Shown here: one piece after another, positions 46,898 through 56,397 of the stretch
How the letters are laid out: the number at the start of each line of letters is the position of its first letter
How positions within the stretch are numbered: the first letter of the stretch is position 1
NCBI GenBank assembly: GCA_964351525.1
Contig: CAYGOD010000002.1
Span: 230,327-294,326, forward strand
From: an uncultured Bdellovibrionales bacterium
Lineage (GTDB): Bacteria > Pseudomonadota > Alphaproteobacteria > Micavibrionales > GCA-2720935
Length of the DNA stretch: 64,000 nt
Reading direction: 5' to 3'
Notes under the pieces: generated by a model
Database searches by the model: none
What the model was told of the DNA's origin: nothing
The model's input: only the letters and a program-made list of their open reading frames with translations
Made by a program: the position numbers and the translations under genes

Positions 46898-48582
46898 TGA
46901 AAGATCCCTTATCGCGCCTGAACCGGGGTAAAAATAAAGAGACCAACAAAGAAAAAGAACCAAAGGTTGAAACAGATCTTTTGCTTGATGATGATTTGGT
47001 TATAGAAGAGCAAGAGCATGTTCATGATGTTGACGACTCTTCTGCGGATTCTTTAGATACAGAAGAACCAAAAACGGTTTCTCATGTTCTATTAAACGCT
47101 TTACGCGAAGAGGGTTTATTGGAAAAATCGCCAAAGACATTGCGTGAGTGGTTTGATACGAAAATTAATAAAATCATGTCAACAGACAAACGTTTTATTG
47201 GCGATATTGATCATGATCAGGCTTTTAATGATTTACTTAGTCTCGTTCAATCTTACCGCCTGAATCATTTTAATGATGGGATGGGGGATGAAGGGAGTGA
47301 AGAGCTTGACGATACGACACGTATTGTCCTTGAAGCAAAAGACATTATTGCACCGGCTTTATTAGACAGAATTGACGCAACACGCGCCGCAACATTATCC
47401 GAAGAAGATTTACGTGGTCAAATTGAGGCCATTGTTTCAGAGCTATTGACGGAAAATGATTTCAGTCTTAATAAGGCCGAACAAGACCATTTAGTTGCAA
47501 CTTTATTAAATGACATGCTGGGTTTTGGTCCCTTAGAACCGATTTTAAATGATGAAGATATCACCGATATTTTGGTCAATGGATATGATCAGATTTATGT
47601 TGAGCGTAAGGGTAAGTTAGAATTATCACCGATTAAGTTTCGCAATAATGACCACGTCATGAATATTGCAACGCGTATTGTAACGGGTATCGGCCGTCGC
47701 ATTGACGAAACAACGCCGCTGTGTGATGCGCGTCTGCCAGATGGATCGCGTGTAAATATTATTATTCCGCCACTGGCCCTTGATGGACCATCAATCTCAA
47801 TTCGTAAATTCCCTAAACATGGCATCACGTTAGATGTGATGGCACGCCAAGGAAACATCTCTGATAATATGGCGACAGTTTTAAAAATTGCTGCGCGGTC
47901 GCGTTTGAATATTCTAATCTCTGGCGGTACTGGTTCTGGTAAAACAACAAGCCTTAATGCCATGTCACAAATGATTGATGCGGGCGAGCGTATCGTAACA
48001 ATTGAAGATGCGGCTGAATTACAATTACAACAGCCCCATGTTGTACGCCTTGAAACACGCCCTCCAAACTTAGAAGGCGATGGACAAATCACCATGCGTG
48101 ACCTTGTAAAGAACTCTCTTCGTATGCGCCCGGATCGTGTGATTTTGGGTGAGATTCGTGGCTCGGAAGCGGTCGATATGTTACAGGCCATGAACACGGG
48201 GCATGATGGGTCTTTATGTACAATTCACGCGAATAATCCTCGTGAGGCATTAACCCGACTAGAAAACATGGTTGGGATGGCAGGTATTAATTTACCCGCA
48301 AAGGCCGTTCGCACACAGATTTCATCAGCTGTGGATTTGATCTTACAGGTTAGCCGTATGCGCGACGGTATGCGCCGCATCACACATGTTACAGAAATTG
48401 TTGGCATGGAGGGTGACGTGGTTACGACACAAGATTTATTCACCTATGAATTTACAGGCGAAGGCGATGACGGGAAATTAACGGGTGAGTTTAAATCATC
48501 TGGTCTGCGTCCTTATTTTGTTGATCGGGCGAATTACTTTGGTTTAGAGCGCGCCTTGTTGGCCGCTATGGGTGTTAATTAG
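46897..48582 (+). CDS. cpaF: CpaF/TadA secretion ATPase with an acidic N-terminal extension
   Basis: Walker A is ISGGTGSGKTTSLNAM, with RPDRVILGEIRGSEA and the His box TGHDGSLCTIHAN. Confidence 0.93.
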   Translation: MKDPLSRLNRGKNKETNKEKEPKVETDLLLDDDLVIEEQEHVHDVDDSSADSLDTEEPKTVSHVLLNALREEGLLEKSPKTLREWFDTKINKIMSTDKRFIGDIDHDQAFNDLLSLVQSYRLNHFNDGMGDEGSEELDDTTRIVLEAKDIIAPALLDRIDATRAATLSEEDLRGQIEAIVSELLTENDFSLNKAEQDHLVATLLNDMLGFGPLEPILNDEDITDILVNGYDQIYVERKGKLELSPIKFRNNDHVMNIATRIVTGIGRRIDETTPLCDARLPDGSRVNIIIPPLALDGPSISIRKFPKHGITLDVMARQGNISDNMATVLKIAARSRLNILISGGTGSGKTTSLNAMSQMIDAGERIVTIEDAAELQLQQPHVVRLETRPPNLEGDGQITMRDLVKNSLRMRPDRVILGEIRGSEAVDMLQAMNTGHDGSLCTIHANNPREALTRLENMVGMAGINLPAKAVRTQISSAVDLILQVSRMRDGMRRITHVTEIVGMEGDVVTTQDLFTYEFTGEGDDGKLTGEFKSSGLRPYFVDRANYFGLERALLAAMGVN

Positions 48583-48604
48583 ATTTGAAAGAAAGACGTA
48601 ATCG

Positions 48605-49600
48605 TTGGATTTATTAACTGGAGACATAACATATCTTTTTTATATCGGTGGTGCGATATTCTTTGTGATATGCGCTTATCTAGCACTTGCCCCCTCTAAT
48701 GTGCCTGACCGTTATAATGACCGCCTGAAACGCGTTCGCGCTGACGGATATGGTGCAACAGCGATGCAAAAAATATTAAAAGGGAACGCCGTTGATATTC
48801 GCAAACATGGCAAGGAAAGCAATCTTGATGCATTCTTAAAACGCATAACACCAAAGCCAGAATTATTACAATCCCGCTTGGATAGAACTGGTAAGTCCAT
48901 TCGTATTATTCATTTCTTTATTGCGACATTAATTTTAACTATATTGATTTCTTTTATTCTTATTTCTAAAAAAATTGCACCTTTTTTGGCTATTGTGGGG
49001 GCGCTTGTTCTTGCTTATAAGGTCATTGATTTTATTATCTCATTCTTGGTAAAACGACGTACTGCAAAATTCATTAAATTCTTTCCTGATGCCATTGATT
49101 TGATGGTGCGTGGTATTAAATCGGGTTTACCGTTAACGCAGACGATTCAATCAATTGGGTATGAAATGGAGGGCCCTGTTGGGGTTGAGTTCAGTCATGT
49201 CGCCAATGCTATTAAATTAGGTGTTGATATGAATGAGGCCTTGTTAGAACGTTCACGTATTTTGGATATTGCAGAGTTAAAATTCTTTTGTATTGCGCTG
49301 TCTATTCAACAAGAAACGGGTGGTAACTTAGCAGAAACTTTGTCTAATCTTTCCACAATATTGCGCAAGCGAAAACAAGTGCAAATGAAAATTAAAGCCA
49401 TGTCATCAGAGGCAAAGGCCAGCGCCATTATTATTGGTTCGCTACCTTTTATCATGTATGGCATTTTGAAAATTATGAGTCCTGAATATGTTGAACCATT
49501 ATTTAATGACCCGCGTGGTATTAAGCTGGCAATCTTTGGATTGTTTATGATCGGTCTTGGTGCATTTGTAATGAATAGAATTGTGAGCTTCGAAATATAA
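48605..49600 (+). CDS. tadB: Flp pilus platform protein TadB
   Basis: It has a TTG start and a T2SSF-like domain (FPDAIDLMVRGIKSGLPL). Confidence 0.85.
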   Translation: MDLLTGDITYLFYIGGAIFFVICAYLALAPSNVPDRYNDRLKRVRADGYGATAMQKILKGNAVDIRKHGKESNLDAFLKRITPKPELLQSRLDRTGKSIRIIHFFIATLILTILISFILISKKIAPFLAIVGALVLAYKVIDFIISFLVKRRTAKFIKFFPDAIDLMVRGIKSGLPLTQTIQSIGYEMEGPVGVEFSHVANAIKLGVDMNEALLERSRILDIAELKFFCIALSIQQETGGNLAETLSNLSTILRKRKQVQMKIKAMSSEAKASAIIIGSLPFIMYGILKIMSPEYVEPLFNDPRGIKLAIFGLFMIGLGAFVMNRIVSFEI

Positions 49601-50574
49601 TGATGTCATTTCTCACGGAATATAGATTGGAATTAGGCGCCGCCATGATGGCGTTCTTAACCGTGCTTGGTTTGTGGAAATCTATGTTACCAGCGGATCC
49701 GGTATCGAATCGTATTAATAAGATCAATGCGCGCCGTGAAGATCTTATCGCCGATCAATTATCGGCAAAACGTCTTAAAGCGGCGGATAAATTTTCTCGC
49801 GATCAAATTGGCATGAATACCGTAAAGCGTGTTGTTGAGAAATTAAAACTAATGGGTTCTGAACATGCCGAAGGTCTGCAAATGCAGTTGGCACAAGCGG
49901 GCTATCGCGGGCGCGATGCGATGATGGTCTTCCTGTTTTTTAAAGCAATTTCACCGCTTATTTTTGGTGCCTTTGGGGTGTTCGTTGCCTATAGTATATT
50001 GGATGGAAAGATCACTGGCACAATGCAATTACTCGTTTCTGTTGTTGGTGTAACGGGGGGGTATTATGCACCGCAAGTTTTTGTTAAAAACATGAAACAA
50101 AAACGCGGCGCCGCAATTCGCAAAGCAATGCCGGATGCTTTGGATTTACTGGTTATTTGTGCACAATCGGGATTAAGTTTGGACGCTAGTTTAAAACGCG
50201 TTGCCAATGAAATGGCTGAGGCTTATCCAGAACTATCAGAAGAATTTACATTGGCATCGGTTGAGTTAGGCTTTTTACCGAACAGAACAGATGCGCTGTA
50301 TAATTTAAATAAACGTGTTGATTTAGCACAAATGCGTTCTCTTATTTCAACACTAATTCAAACGGAAAAATATGGAACACCGCTTTCAAATTCTTTGAGG
50401 GTTTTAGCCGCGGAATATCGCGATGAACGCATGATGAAGGCAGAAGAAAAGGCGGCACGCTTGCCAGCCATCCTAACATTACCCATGATTATTTTTATTT
50501 TGCCGCCTTTATTTATCGTTCTGTTATCGCCAGGCCTTTTAAGCGCGATTGATAGTTTCCGTACAATGAACTAA
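49600..50574 (+). CDS. tadC: Flp pilus platform protein TadC
   Basis: The T2SSF-like domain includes MPDALDLLVICAQSGLSL. Its start overlaps the tadB stop. Confidence 0.85.
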   Translation: MMSFLTEYRLELGAAMMAFLTVLGLWKSMLPADPVSNRINKINARREDLIADQLSAKRLKAADKFSRDQIGMNTVKRVVEKLKLMGSEHAEGLQMQLAQAGYRGRDAMMVFLFFKAISPLIFGAFGVFVAYSILDGKITGTMQLLVSVVGVTGGYYAPQVFVKNMKQKRGAAIRKAMPDALDLLVICAQSGLSLDASLKRVANEMAEAYPELSEEFTLASVELGFLPNRTDALYNLNKRVDLAQMRSLISTLIQTEKYGTPLSNSLRVLAAEYRDERMMKAEEKAARLPAILTLPMIIFILPPLFIVLLSPGLLSAIDSFRTMN

Positions 50575-50578
50575 GGCT

Positions 50579-51262
50579 TTATAGACCATTAATTAATCGC
50601 AATAGCTCTAACGACGAAGCGGTCGTTTTGCCATAGGTTGCAATCAATGCATCAATATCGCCCGCGGGCATGATATTTGATAATTCTTCTCGTACTAATG
50701 TATCATCACCACTTAGAATAGTCGCTATTGCCTTATTTTGATGATAGAGGCTGTTGTCTGGCTCTAGGGCTATCACCTTATTGAATAAAGCGCGCGCGGC
50801 CTCTGTTTGCCCTGTAACGGCAAATGAAAGACCTAGATTATTCATCAATGAGATGTTCTTCGGGTCTATGTTTAGGCCATCTTGATATATTTTTTGTGCT
50901 TTTATGTGGTCGGCATTTAGATCAAGACTTACACCATACCAATTATAAAGGCGGGGGCTTTGTATATCTTGTGTCGCTTGTGATAAGTATGTGACGGCAT
51001 CATTTATGTCATACAGCATTAAGTTTTTTGCGTAGGTAACGACGACATCTTCGTTGGTTGGTTCATTTGAGGCGGCTTTTTGAAAAAAACCTAAACCGGC
51101 CTCAACATCACCCGCGGCAATCATACTATTGCCCAAGTTAATTAATTTTTGTGTGGCACTGTGGGGGGCTGTTGGCGGTGTTTTTTGTTGCTGGGTTGTC
51201 GTACAACCGCTCAACATAAAAACGATCAAAAGCGTCGAAAATAAAGATAAAAAGCGAGACAT
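50579..51262 (-). CDS. tadD: TPR-repeat lipoprotein, TadD-like
   Basis: The lipobox is MLSGCTT, followed by multiple TPR-like repeats. It is embedded in the tad locus on the opposite strand. Confidence 0.65.
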   Translation of the reverse strand: MSRFLSLFSTLLIVFMLSGCTTTQQQKTPPTAPHSATQKLINLGNSMIAAGDVEAGLGFFQKAASNEPTNEDVVVTYAKNLMLYDINDAVTYLSQATQDIQSPRLYNWYGVSLDLNADHIKAQKIYQDGLNIDPKNISLMNNLGLSFAVTGQTEAARALFNKVIALEPDNSLYHQNKAIATILSGDDTLVREELSNIMPAGDIDALIATYGKTTASSLELLRLINGL

Positions 51263-51347
51263 AATAAACCTTTTTTCAAAGTAAAAGAACTATACTGTAA
51301 GATAGACGATAATTCTGTGTATAGAAACATTATTTTTAAAAATCAAT

Positions 51348-51941
51348 ATGATGACAATAAAAAATATAGAAAAAAAACTAACCGACTTTGCCAAAAGCGA
51401 AGACGGTGTTGCCGCCGTTGAGTTCGCAATTGTGGGCAGTGTAACATTATTATCGGTTATTGCCGTGATTGAAATTTTAATGGTTCTAGCGGTTTCTATT
51501 TTAGTAGAGGGAGGCGTGCGCGAGGCTGCCCGTTTTGGTATTACAGGATCAGAAGGTAGTAGTTCCCGTATAGAGCGTATTCAAGAGATCATCGGTAATC
51601 ACACATTAGGGTTGATAGACATGAATACGGCCAGCGTTGAAACCTTCGTTTATGAGAGCTTTGCTGATATTGGATTACCAGAAGAATTTACTGATAACGC
51701 ACCGAATAACGGAATTTGGGATGAGGGCGAGGCATTCGTCGACGCCAACAGTAATGGTGTTTGGGATCCCGATCGTGGCACTGTTGGTTTAGGGGACGCC
51801 GATGAAATTGTTCTCTATCGTGTATCTTATGATCTGCCGTTTTTAACGGGATTAATGGCGCCGATTATAGGGAAGAATTTCACGCGTTTAGAAACGGTTG
51901 TTCCTGTTCGGAATGAACCATATAGAATTATTGATTCATGA
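51348..51941 (+). CDS. tadE: TadE-like pseudopilin
   Basis: The TadE N-terminal motif DGVAAVEFAIVGSVTLL is present. Confidence 0.75.
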   Translation: MMTIKNIEKKLTDFAKSEDGVAAVEFAIVGSVTLLSVIAVIEILMVLAVSILVEGGVREAARFGITGSEGSSSRIERIQEIIGNHTLGLIDMNTASVETFVYESFADIGLPEEFTDNAPNNGIWDEGEAFVDANSNGVWDPDRGTVGLGDADEIVLYRVSYDLPFLTGLMAPIIGKNFTRLETVVPVRNEPYRIIDS

Positions 51942-52501
51942 TAAAAAACATACGATCTCTCATGCATAAATTTCATCACAATCGCTCTGGATCGATTGTG
52001 ATTGAGGCGGCTATCTTCTTGCCTATGTTGGCATTATTCTTGGTTTTTTCCTTTGAAACCGCACGCTATATACTCATTAATCAGAAACTATCACGGGCTA
52101 GTGCCTCTTTAAATGATTTGATGTCACGCGTTGAAAGCCCAGAAAATAATATTGATGATTTTATTAATATTGCGGCACAAACAATGGCGCCTTTTTATAA
52201 TTCAAGTGCGATGCGTGTTTTTTCAACAATCATGACAAAACCAGAAGACAGTTTGGCGGAGATCGTATGGCAATATAATGGTGGTGGAACCTTAGCCGCA
52301 TCTAGTGCTTATGGTGTTGAGGGAAGTGTGCCAAATATGCCAGGTGATTTTACGTGGCGTGATAACGAAACGATTTTATCAACTGAGATTTATTATCAAT
52401 ACAGCACGTTCTTCAATCTACCGACATGGGAGAGCCGTACACTTTATGTGGCCTCCTTTAATAAGCCGCGCTTACAAAATTTAACTACGCTTGAAAATTA
52501 A
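51938..52501 (+). CDS. tadF: TadE/TadF-like pseudopilin
   Basis: GSIVIEAAIFLPMLALFL is present. It overlaps the tadE-like gene by 4 nt. Confidence 0.65.
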   Translation: MIKNIRSLMHKFHHNRSGSIVIEAAIFLPMLALFLVFSFETARYILINQKLSRASASLNDLMSRVESPENNIDDFINIAAQTMAPFYNSSAMRVFSTIMTKPEDSLAEIVWQYNGGGTLAASSAYGVEGSVPNMPGDFTWRDNETILSTEIYYQYSTFFNLPTWESRTLYVASFNKPRLQNLTTLEN

Positions 52502-52504
52502 GTC

Positions 52505-53449
52505 TCAATAGTAACTTCCAACCAGATTTATCGTCTGACCGTTTAAGCCTTCTTTAAAACGTGTTAAGCCGACAGCATGCTGCTGATTTACCCCCCCCAA
52601 ATCCAGATGCGCCGTACCATGATTTTCTTTCAAATATTGAAGCCCTGACCATAGTGCCAGATAGCCCGCATTTACCGATCGTCCGGCATTGGATTGCCAC
52701 GCCGCTTGGTAAGTTGCGCTGGTGTTGTGGCGCAGAAACACAGCAAAGGAAATGACTTTATTATTTTGAAGAATACGGGTAAATGTAACGGCGTTCTCTG
52801 TGGATGCTTTTTTAAGTAATAAATTTAAGAATTGTGAAGAGGGGCCATCATAATTTTTATCTCTTTTATAATAAAGCAGAAACTCTTTCGCATATTTCAG
52901 GCTATCATCATGGATAACGGTTAGGTCTGATTTTTGTGCCTTATTAAGGCTGTTGCGCCATTTCTGTTTTAGGTTTTTGCGTAAGTCCCCAGTGTTTGGT
53001 TTCAAATTGAGCAAACATGTTTGATAGGGTTTTGTATTTATGACGCTACGCCATTTGGCGTTCTCTATGAGCGGAATTAATTCTTGGTCATATATTTCAG
53101 GCATGAAAATCGTTTTGTGGAAAAGATGTCTTGGCATTAAATCGCGTAATACAAGCATAAATTCTGCTATATTTTCTGTTGTTGGTTCGATCAACCAAAT
53201 AGGACCACGATCTAACCGTGTGCGGCGATAAAATCCACCCAGACTATAGAAATCGGAGATCATAAAAAATCCGACTGTTTTTGTGTCTTTTAATAGGGTG
53301 AAAAAACGCGGCCGTAAATTATGTTTGATTAAAACGGTTTGACCGTAATAATGGCTTTGCGTGATTGGAATAAAAACGTCGCGATATTCCGTACCGCATT
53401 GTTCGATCATTGCGCTATATGTATCATGTTCATGAAATGTGATGGTCAT
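52505..53449 (-). CDS. FemAB-family / GNAT-fold peptidyl-transferase-like protein
   Basis: KNLKQKWRNSLNKAQKSDLTV and AAWQSNAGRSVNAGYLALWSGLQYLKENHGTAHLDLGG follow the FemAB-family pattern as I recall it. It lies 6 nt downstream of the NrsF-like gene. Confidence 0.45.
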   Translation of the reverse strand: MTITFHEHDTYSAMIEQCGTEYRDVFIPITQSHYYGQTVLIKHNLRPRFFTLLKDTKTVGFFMISDFYSLGGFYRRTRLDRGPIWLIEPTTENIAEFMLVLRDLMPRHLFHKTIFMPEIYDQELIPLIENAKWRSVINTKPYQTCLLNLKPNTGDLRKNLKQKWRNSLNKAQKSDLTVIHDDSLKYAKEFLLYYKRDKNYDGPSSQFLNLLLKKASTENAVTFTRILQNNKVISFAVFLRHNTSATYQAAWQSNAGRSVNAGYLALWSGLQYLKENHGTAHLDLGGVNQQHAVGLTRFKEGLNGQTINLVGSYY

Positions 53450-53455
53450 GGGATA

Positions 53456-54100
53456 TTAACGGTACAAGAAGCGGCCAATCAAATAGCCAAGTCCAGCAAG
53501 CACCAAAATGGGTAAGTAATGCCACAGAAGATTACCGTAGAGGGAGTCAATGGGGCAGGTCATGCGACAACCCATCACAGCGATTGATGATACACTGAGG
53601 AAGCACGCAAAACCAGCCATTGAAGTGTGGACGGGGCGTGCGCGTTTGACCAAATAAACCATGATAATGATCGGGAAAACACTGAGCATGGCTAGGTTTT
53701 TAACGCGGTACATAATTTCATCAAAATTTAAATAACGATCAAGATCTGCGCTGTCGCCCATGATCATGCAATATGACGATAACCCAATAATGATGAGGGT
53801 TGAAATACCCAATTGGATCTTTGTGGTCAGATCAATGGTGTCACGGGGTATAGAAAGGCGGAATGTTGCCAGTGCCGCAATAAATCCAGATAGAAATAAG
53901 GCAACCAATTGATAAAAAACGGCTTTATTTTCCATGATGGTGGCAATGTCATGACGAAACCCAAGGCCAGAAACACCGATAGCAACCAATGTATAGGCAA
54001 TGAAAATAAAGGCAATAGCGCGTCGGTTCCAACACATTGTTGGTTTCACCGGATCGGCGTCTTTGCAAAGGCTGCTTATAAAATCTTTATGATTTTCCAC
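53456..54100 (-). CDS. nrsF: NrsF-like (DUF1109) six-TM anti-sigma factor
   Basis: The N-terminus DFISSLCKDADPVKP resembles the DUF1109 start. About six TM segments and conserved-looking Cys residues (MGCRMTCP) are present. It sits directly downstream of an ECF sigma, as in the Caulobacter sigF-nrsF pair. Confidence 0.55.
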   Translation of the reverse strand: MENHKDFISSLCKDADPVKPTMCWNRRAIAFIFIAYTLVAIGVSGLGFRHDIATIMENKAVFYQLVALFLSGFIAALATFRLSIPRDTIDLTTKIQLGISTLIIIGLSSYCMIMGDSADLDRYLNFDEIMYRVKNLAMLSVFPIIIMVYLVKRARPVHTSMAGFACFLSVSSIAVMGCRMTCPIDSLYGNLLWHYLPILVLAGLGYLIGRFLYR

Positions 54101-54170
54101 GTGTTTGACCTTTAATTCTTTTTGTTATCTTTATCTAATATTGGTTTAATCTATTGTTTTTCAATTATTT

Positions 54171-54743
54171 TTATTGTGCGCTGTGTTGTTCTTTCAAATC
54201 ATGAAAGGCGCGATGGATAATAACCTTAATATTGCTCTCTGTTGTTTTATAGGTCACTGCAATATCAGCCAATTTTTCCCCCATAATTTTTGAGCGATAG
54301 ACAATATCACGCTGTTTTTTTGGTAATGTATTGAGGATTTTCTCAACATCTAACCGTGCCTCATTATCATTATTCGTTTCATCCCCGAAAAAGGTTTCAA
54401 GAGAATCTGGAATTTGTACTTCACGGTCAGATTTTTTGTATGATTTTCTTAAGGCATCCAGCATTTTAAAGCGCGCAAGACCGTATAACCAATTCTCAAA
54501 GGGCAGGTCTGGTACATAGGTGTGTCTGCTTGTATGAACAGCCATAAGCGTTTCTTGGATAATGTCATCAACATCACCATCAAAGATGCGTTTTTTGAAA
54601 TAAGTCGTTAAGAGGGGCACTGCGGCTTCTAAAACAAGTTGATAGGCTTTTTGATCGCCTTTTTGTGCGGCGCGCATATGGTCGCTTAATGTTAGTGTAT
54701 TATCACCACTATCTTGCTTGGAATTTTTTGACCATTTCATCAT
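54171..54743 (-). CDS. ECF-type sigma-70 factor (SigF-like by context)
   Basis: Region 2 is ETLMAVHTSRHTYVPDLPFENWLYGLARFKMLDALR. Region 4 is LPKKQRDIVYRSKIMGEKLADIAVTYKTTESNIKVIIHRAFHDLK. I moved the start to the MMKWSK Met, because the track start at 54803 abuts the upstream terminator hairpin (54804..54833). Confidence 0.8.
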   Translation of the reverse strand: MMKWSKNSKQDSGDNTLTLSDHMRAAQKGDQKAYQLVLEAAVPLLTTYFKKRIFDGDVDDIIQETLMAVHTSRHTYVPDLPFENWLYGLARFKMLDALRKSYKKSDREVQIPDSLETFFGDETNNDNEARLDVEKILNTLPKKQRDIVYRSKIMGEKLADIAVTYKTTESNIKVIIHRAFHDLKEQHSAQ

Positions 54744-54803
54744 GATGTTTAGAAGACTATATCTGTTGTCCAAAAGCAAGGAAGATTTAATAATCCAAGA
54801 CAC

Positions 54804-54833
54804 AAAAAAACCACCATTTTGATGGTGGTTTTT
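54804..54833 (-). terminator. Rho-independent terminator ending the 4-gene vWA/AAA+ operon
   Basis: AACCACCAT (54809..54817), loop TTTG, ATGGTGGTT (54822..54830). On the minus strand the hairpin is followed by 7 T. It lies 16 nt past the stop at 54849. Confidence 0.8.
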
Positions 54834-54848
54834 GTTAACGTATAAGCA

Positions 54849-56351
54849 TTAAGGTTTTAATTTCCGCTCACGTCTTTGTTTTAATTTTTGATGCGCACGC
54901 CTTAGTGTCTCAACATTTGTACTGGCAACTTTATCACCAAAATTATGTACGGCATCCTTTGCGTGGCTTGGTCCGAATGCATCCCAGAACTGTAACATCA
55001 GTTTCCCATTGCCCGCCCATAGGCTGGCATCAAAAAGATCGTGAATTTTAAAATCGCGCTCAATAGCATCAAGGAAGTTGTGCCCTGTACTGCTTTTTTG
55101 AGAGGCGTGTTCAAAAGAGAGGTAAATGTCATTCTGTGGATCAATTAAAGACAGAACATGGCCATGATGACCGAAGCGCACGGCTTTTGACATGAGCGTT
55201 TCATCTGTAAAGCCAGTTGTTTGATACAGGTCTTCTAACGTTATCGGCGTGCCTTTTTGCTCCATCATATCCATGATCATATCAATCTGGTCCCACGCGG
55301 CCTTTGTGCCCATGAAACAAACGCCGTGATTGCAGCCATCAAGTGTTATTGGCATGAATAAATCTTCTTTGGTGGTATTGGCGTCCAATGTAAAATCAAG
55401 CGAAGCAAATGTTTGGTCTTCTGCCTCTTCATAAACAACATTGATATCTACATCTTTGGCCTTTGATTTGTCTTGTGGCACATGTGACCAAAGCTCTAGC
55501 ATTTCATCAAGGCGCCCTGCCCAAATATCTTTATGGAAGATAGCGCCCAAATTAGTATCAGCGGCCTCTTGAATGAAGCTATTTGAATCACCATAGGGGC
55601 GTGCCAGATCTTCTATTGAAAATTCTAGACCGTGATTTCTGAAGAAAATAACCCAGCGTCTAAAGCTATTGAAATGCGCGACCATATGAAAATTTGAAAC
55701 CCCGTCATCATCTTGTGGAATCATAAGGTCTTGCGTGTCGGGATCAAGGTTAACCAAATCCAGAACTTCTTTATACAAATCTATAAGGCCTTTATCAATA
55801 ACCTCTTCTAATGATGAGCTGCGTTGATTTAGAGCCATCTCAATAATATCTAGGCGATATGATTGTCCCGCGCGTGACGCAATTTCTCTACGGACATTTG
55901 TGATGGGGATTGCAGTTCTTTGTTGTTTTGAGAGCATATAATAGACGCTCATCATTTCGGCTTCACGCCCTTCCCACAGATCTGGATTAAACACGGCACC
56001 GCGTGCCTGTGAGGCATAGCTATATTCGATAACCTTATTATTATCATTGATTTTTCTACCAAAGAAAAATCTATCAAGCTTAATGTTCGATTGTTGTAAA
56101 AGGGGAATAACTGTTTTAAATTCTTGCCAGAATTTTTGTTCTTCCAAAAGGGTGTGGATTACGCCATCAATATGATCATGACGATAGGGTGTGAAAAGAG
56201 CATCCTTTTCAATGACAACATTTTCTAGGCCGCGCACTTCTTCTAAGGCGGCTTTGTTACCGCCAACCAGATGGATTAAATTTTCTTCTTTAATACCAAT
56301 TTGAAGGCCCAGCCAGAGCTGTTGGACTTTTATGCTGTCTTTATGTGTCAT
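54849..56351 (-). CDS. Hypothetical protein, 500 aa, with internally repeated W-x-G-containing modules
   Basis: The recurring segments are VFNPDLWEGREAEMMSVYYML, IFHKDIWAGRLDEMLELWSHV and LFDASLWAGNGKLMLQFWDAF. It is the last gene of the operon. Confidence 0.6.
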   Translation of the reverse strand: MTHKDSIKVQQLWLGLQIGIKEENLIHLVGGNKAALEEVRGLENVVIEKDALFTPYRHDHIDGVIHTLLEEQKFWQEFKTVIPLLQQSNIKLDRFFFGRKINDNNKVIEYSYASQARGAVFNPDLWEGREAEMMSVYYMLSKQQRTAIPITNVRREIASRAGQSYRLDIIEMALNQRSSSLEEVIDKGLIDLYKEVLDLVNLDPDTQDLMIPQDDDGVSNFHMVAHFNSFRRWVIFFRNHGLEFSIEDLARPYGDSNSFIQEAADTNLGAIFHKDIWAGRLDEMLELWSHVPQDKSKAKDVDINVVYEEAEDQTFASLDFTLDANTTKEDLFMPITLDGCNHGVCFMGTKAAWDQIDMIMDMMEQKGTPITLEDLYQTTGFTDETLMSKAVRFGHHGHVLSLIDPQNDIYLSFEHASQKSSTGHNFLDAIERDFKIHDLFDASLWAGNGKLMLQFWDAFGPSHAKDAVHNFGDKVASTNVETLRRAHQKLKQRRERKLKP

Positions 56352-56397
56352 TCTTTTATCTTTTACGTTGTATGGGCTTTATAATATGTGTGTTTTA

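Noticed and set aside
47595-48197. 200-aa antisense ORF inside cpaF
   Set aside because: It overlaps the most conserved part of a clearly identified ATPase, and its composition is Arg/Ser/Cys-rich and non-protein-like.
54744-54803. Upstream extension of the second ECF sigma ORF
   Set aside because: The track start directly abuts the terminator hairpin of the preceding operon (54804..54833). An internal Met gives a normal-length region 2 lead-in.
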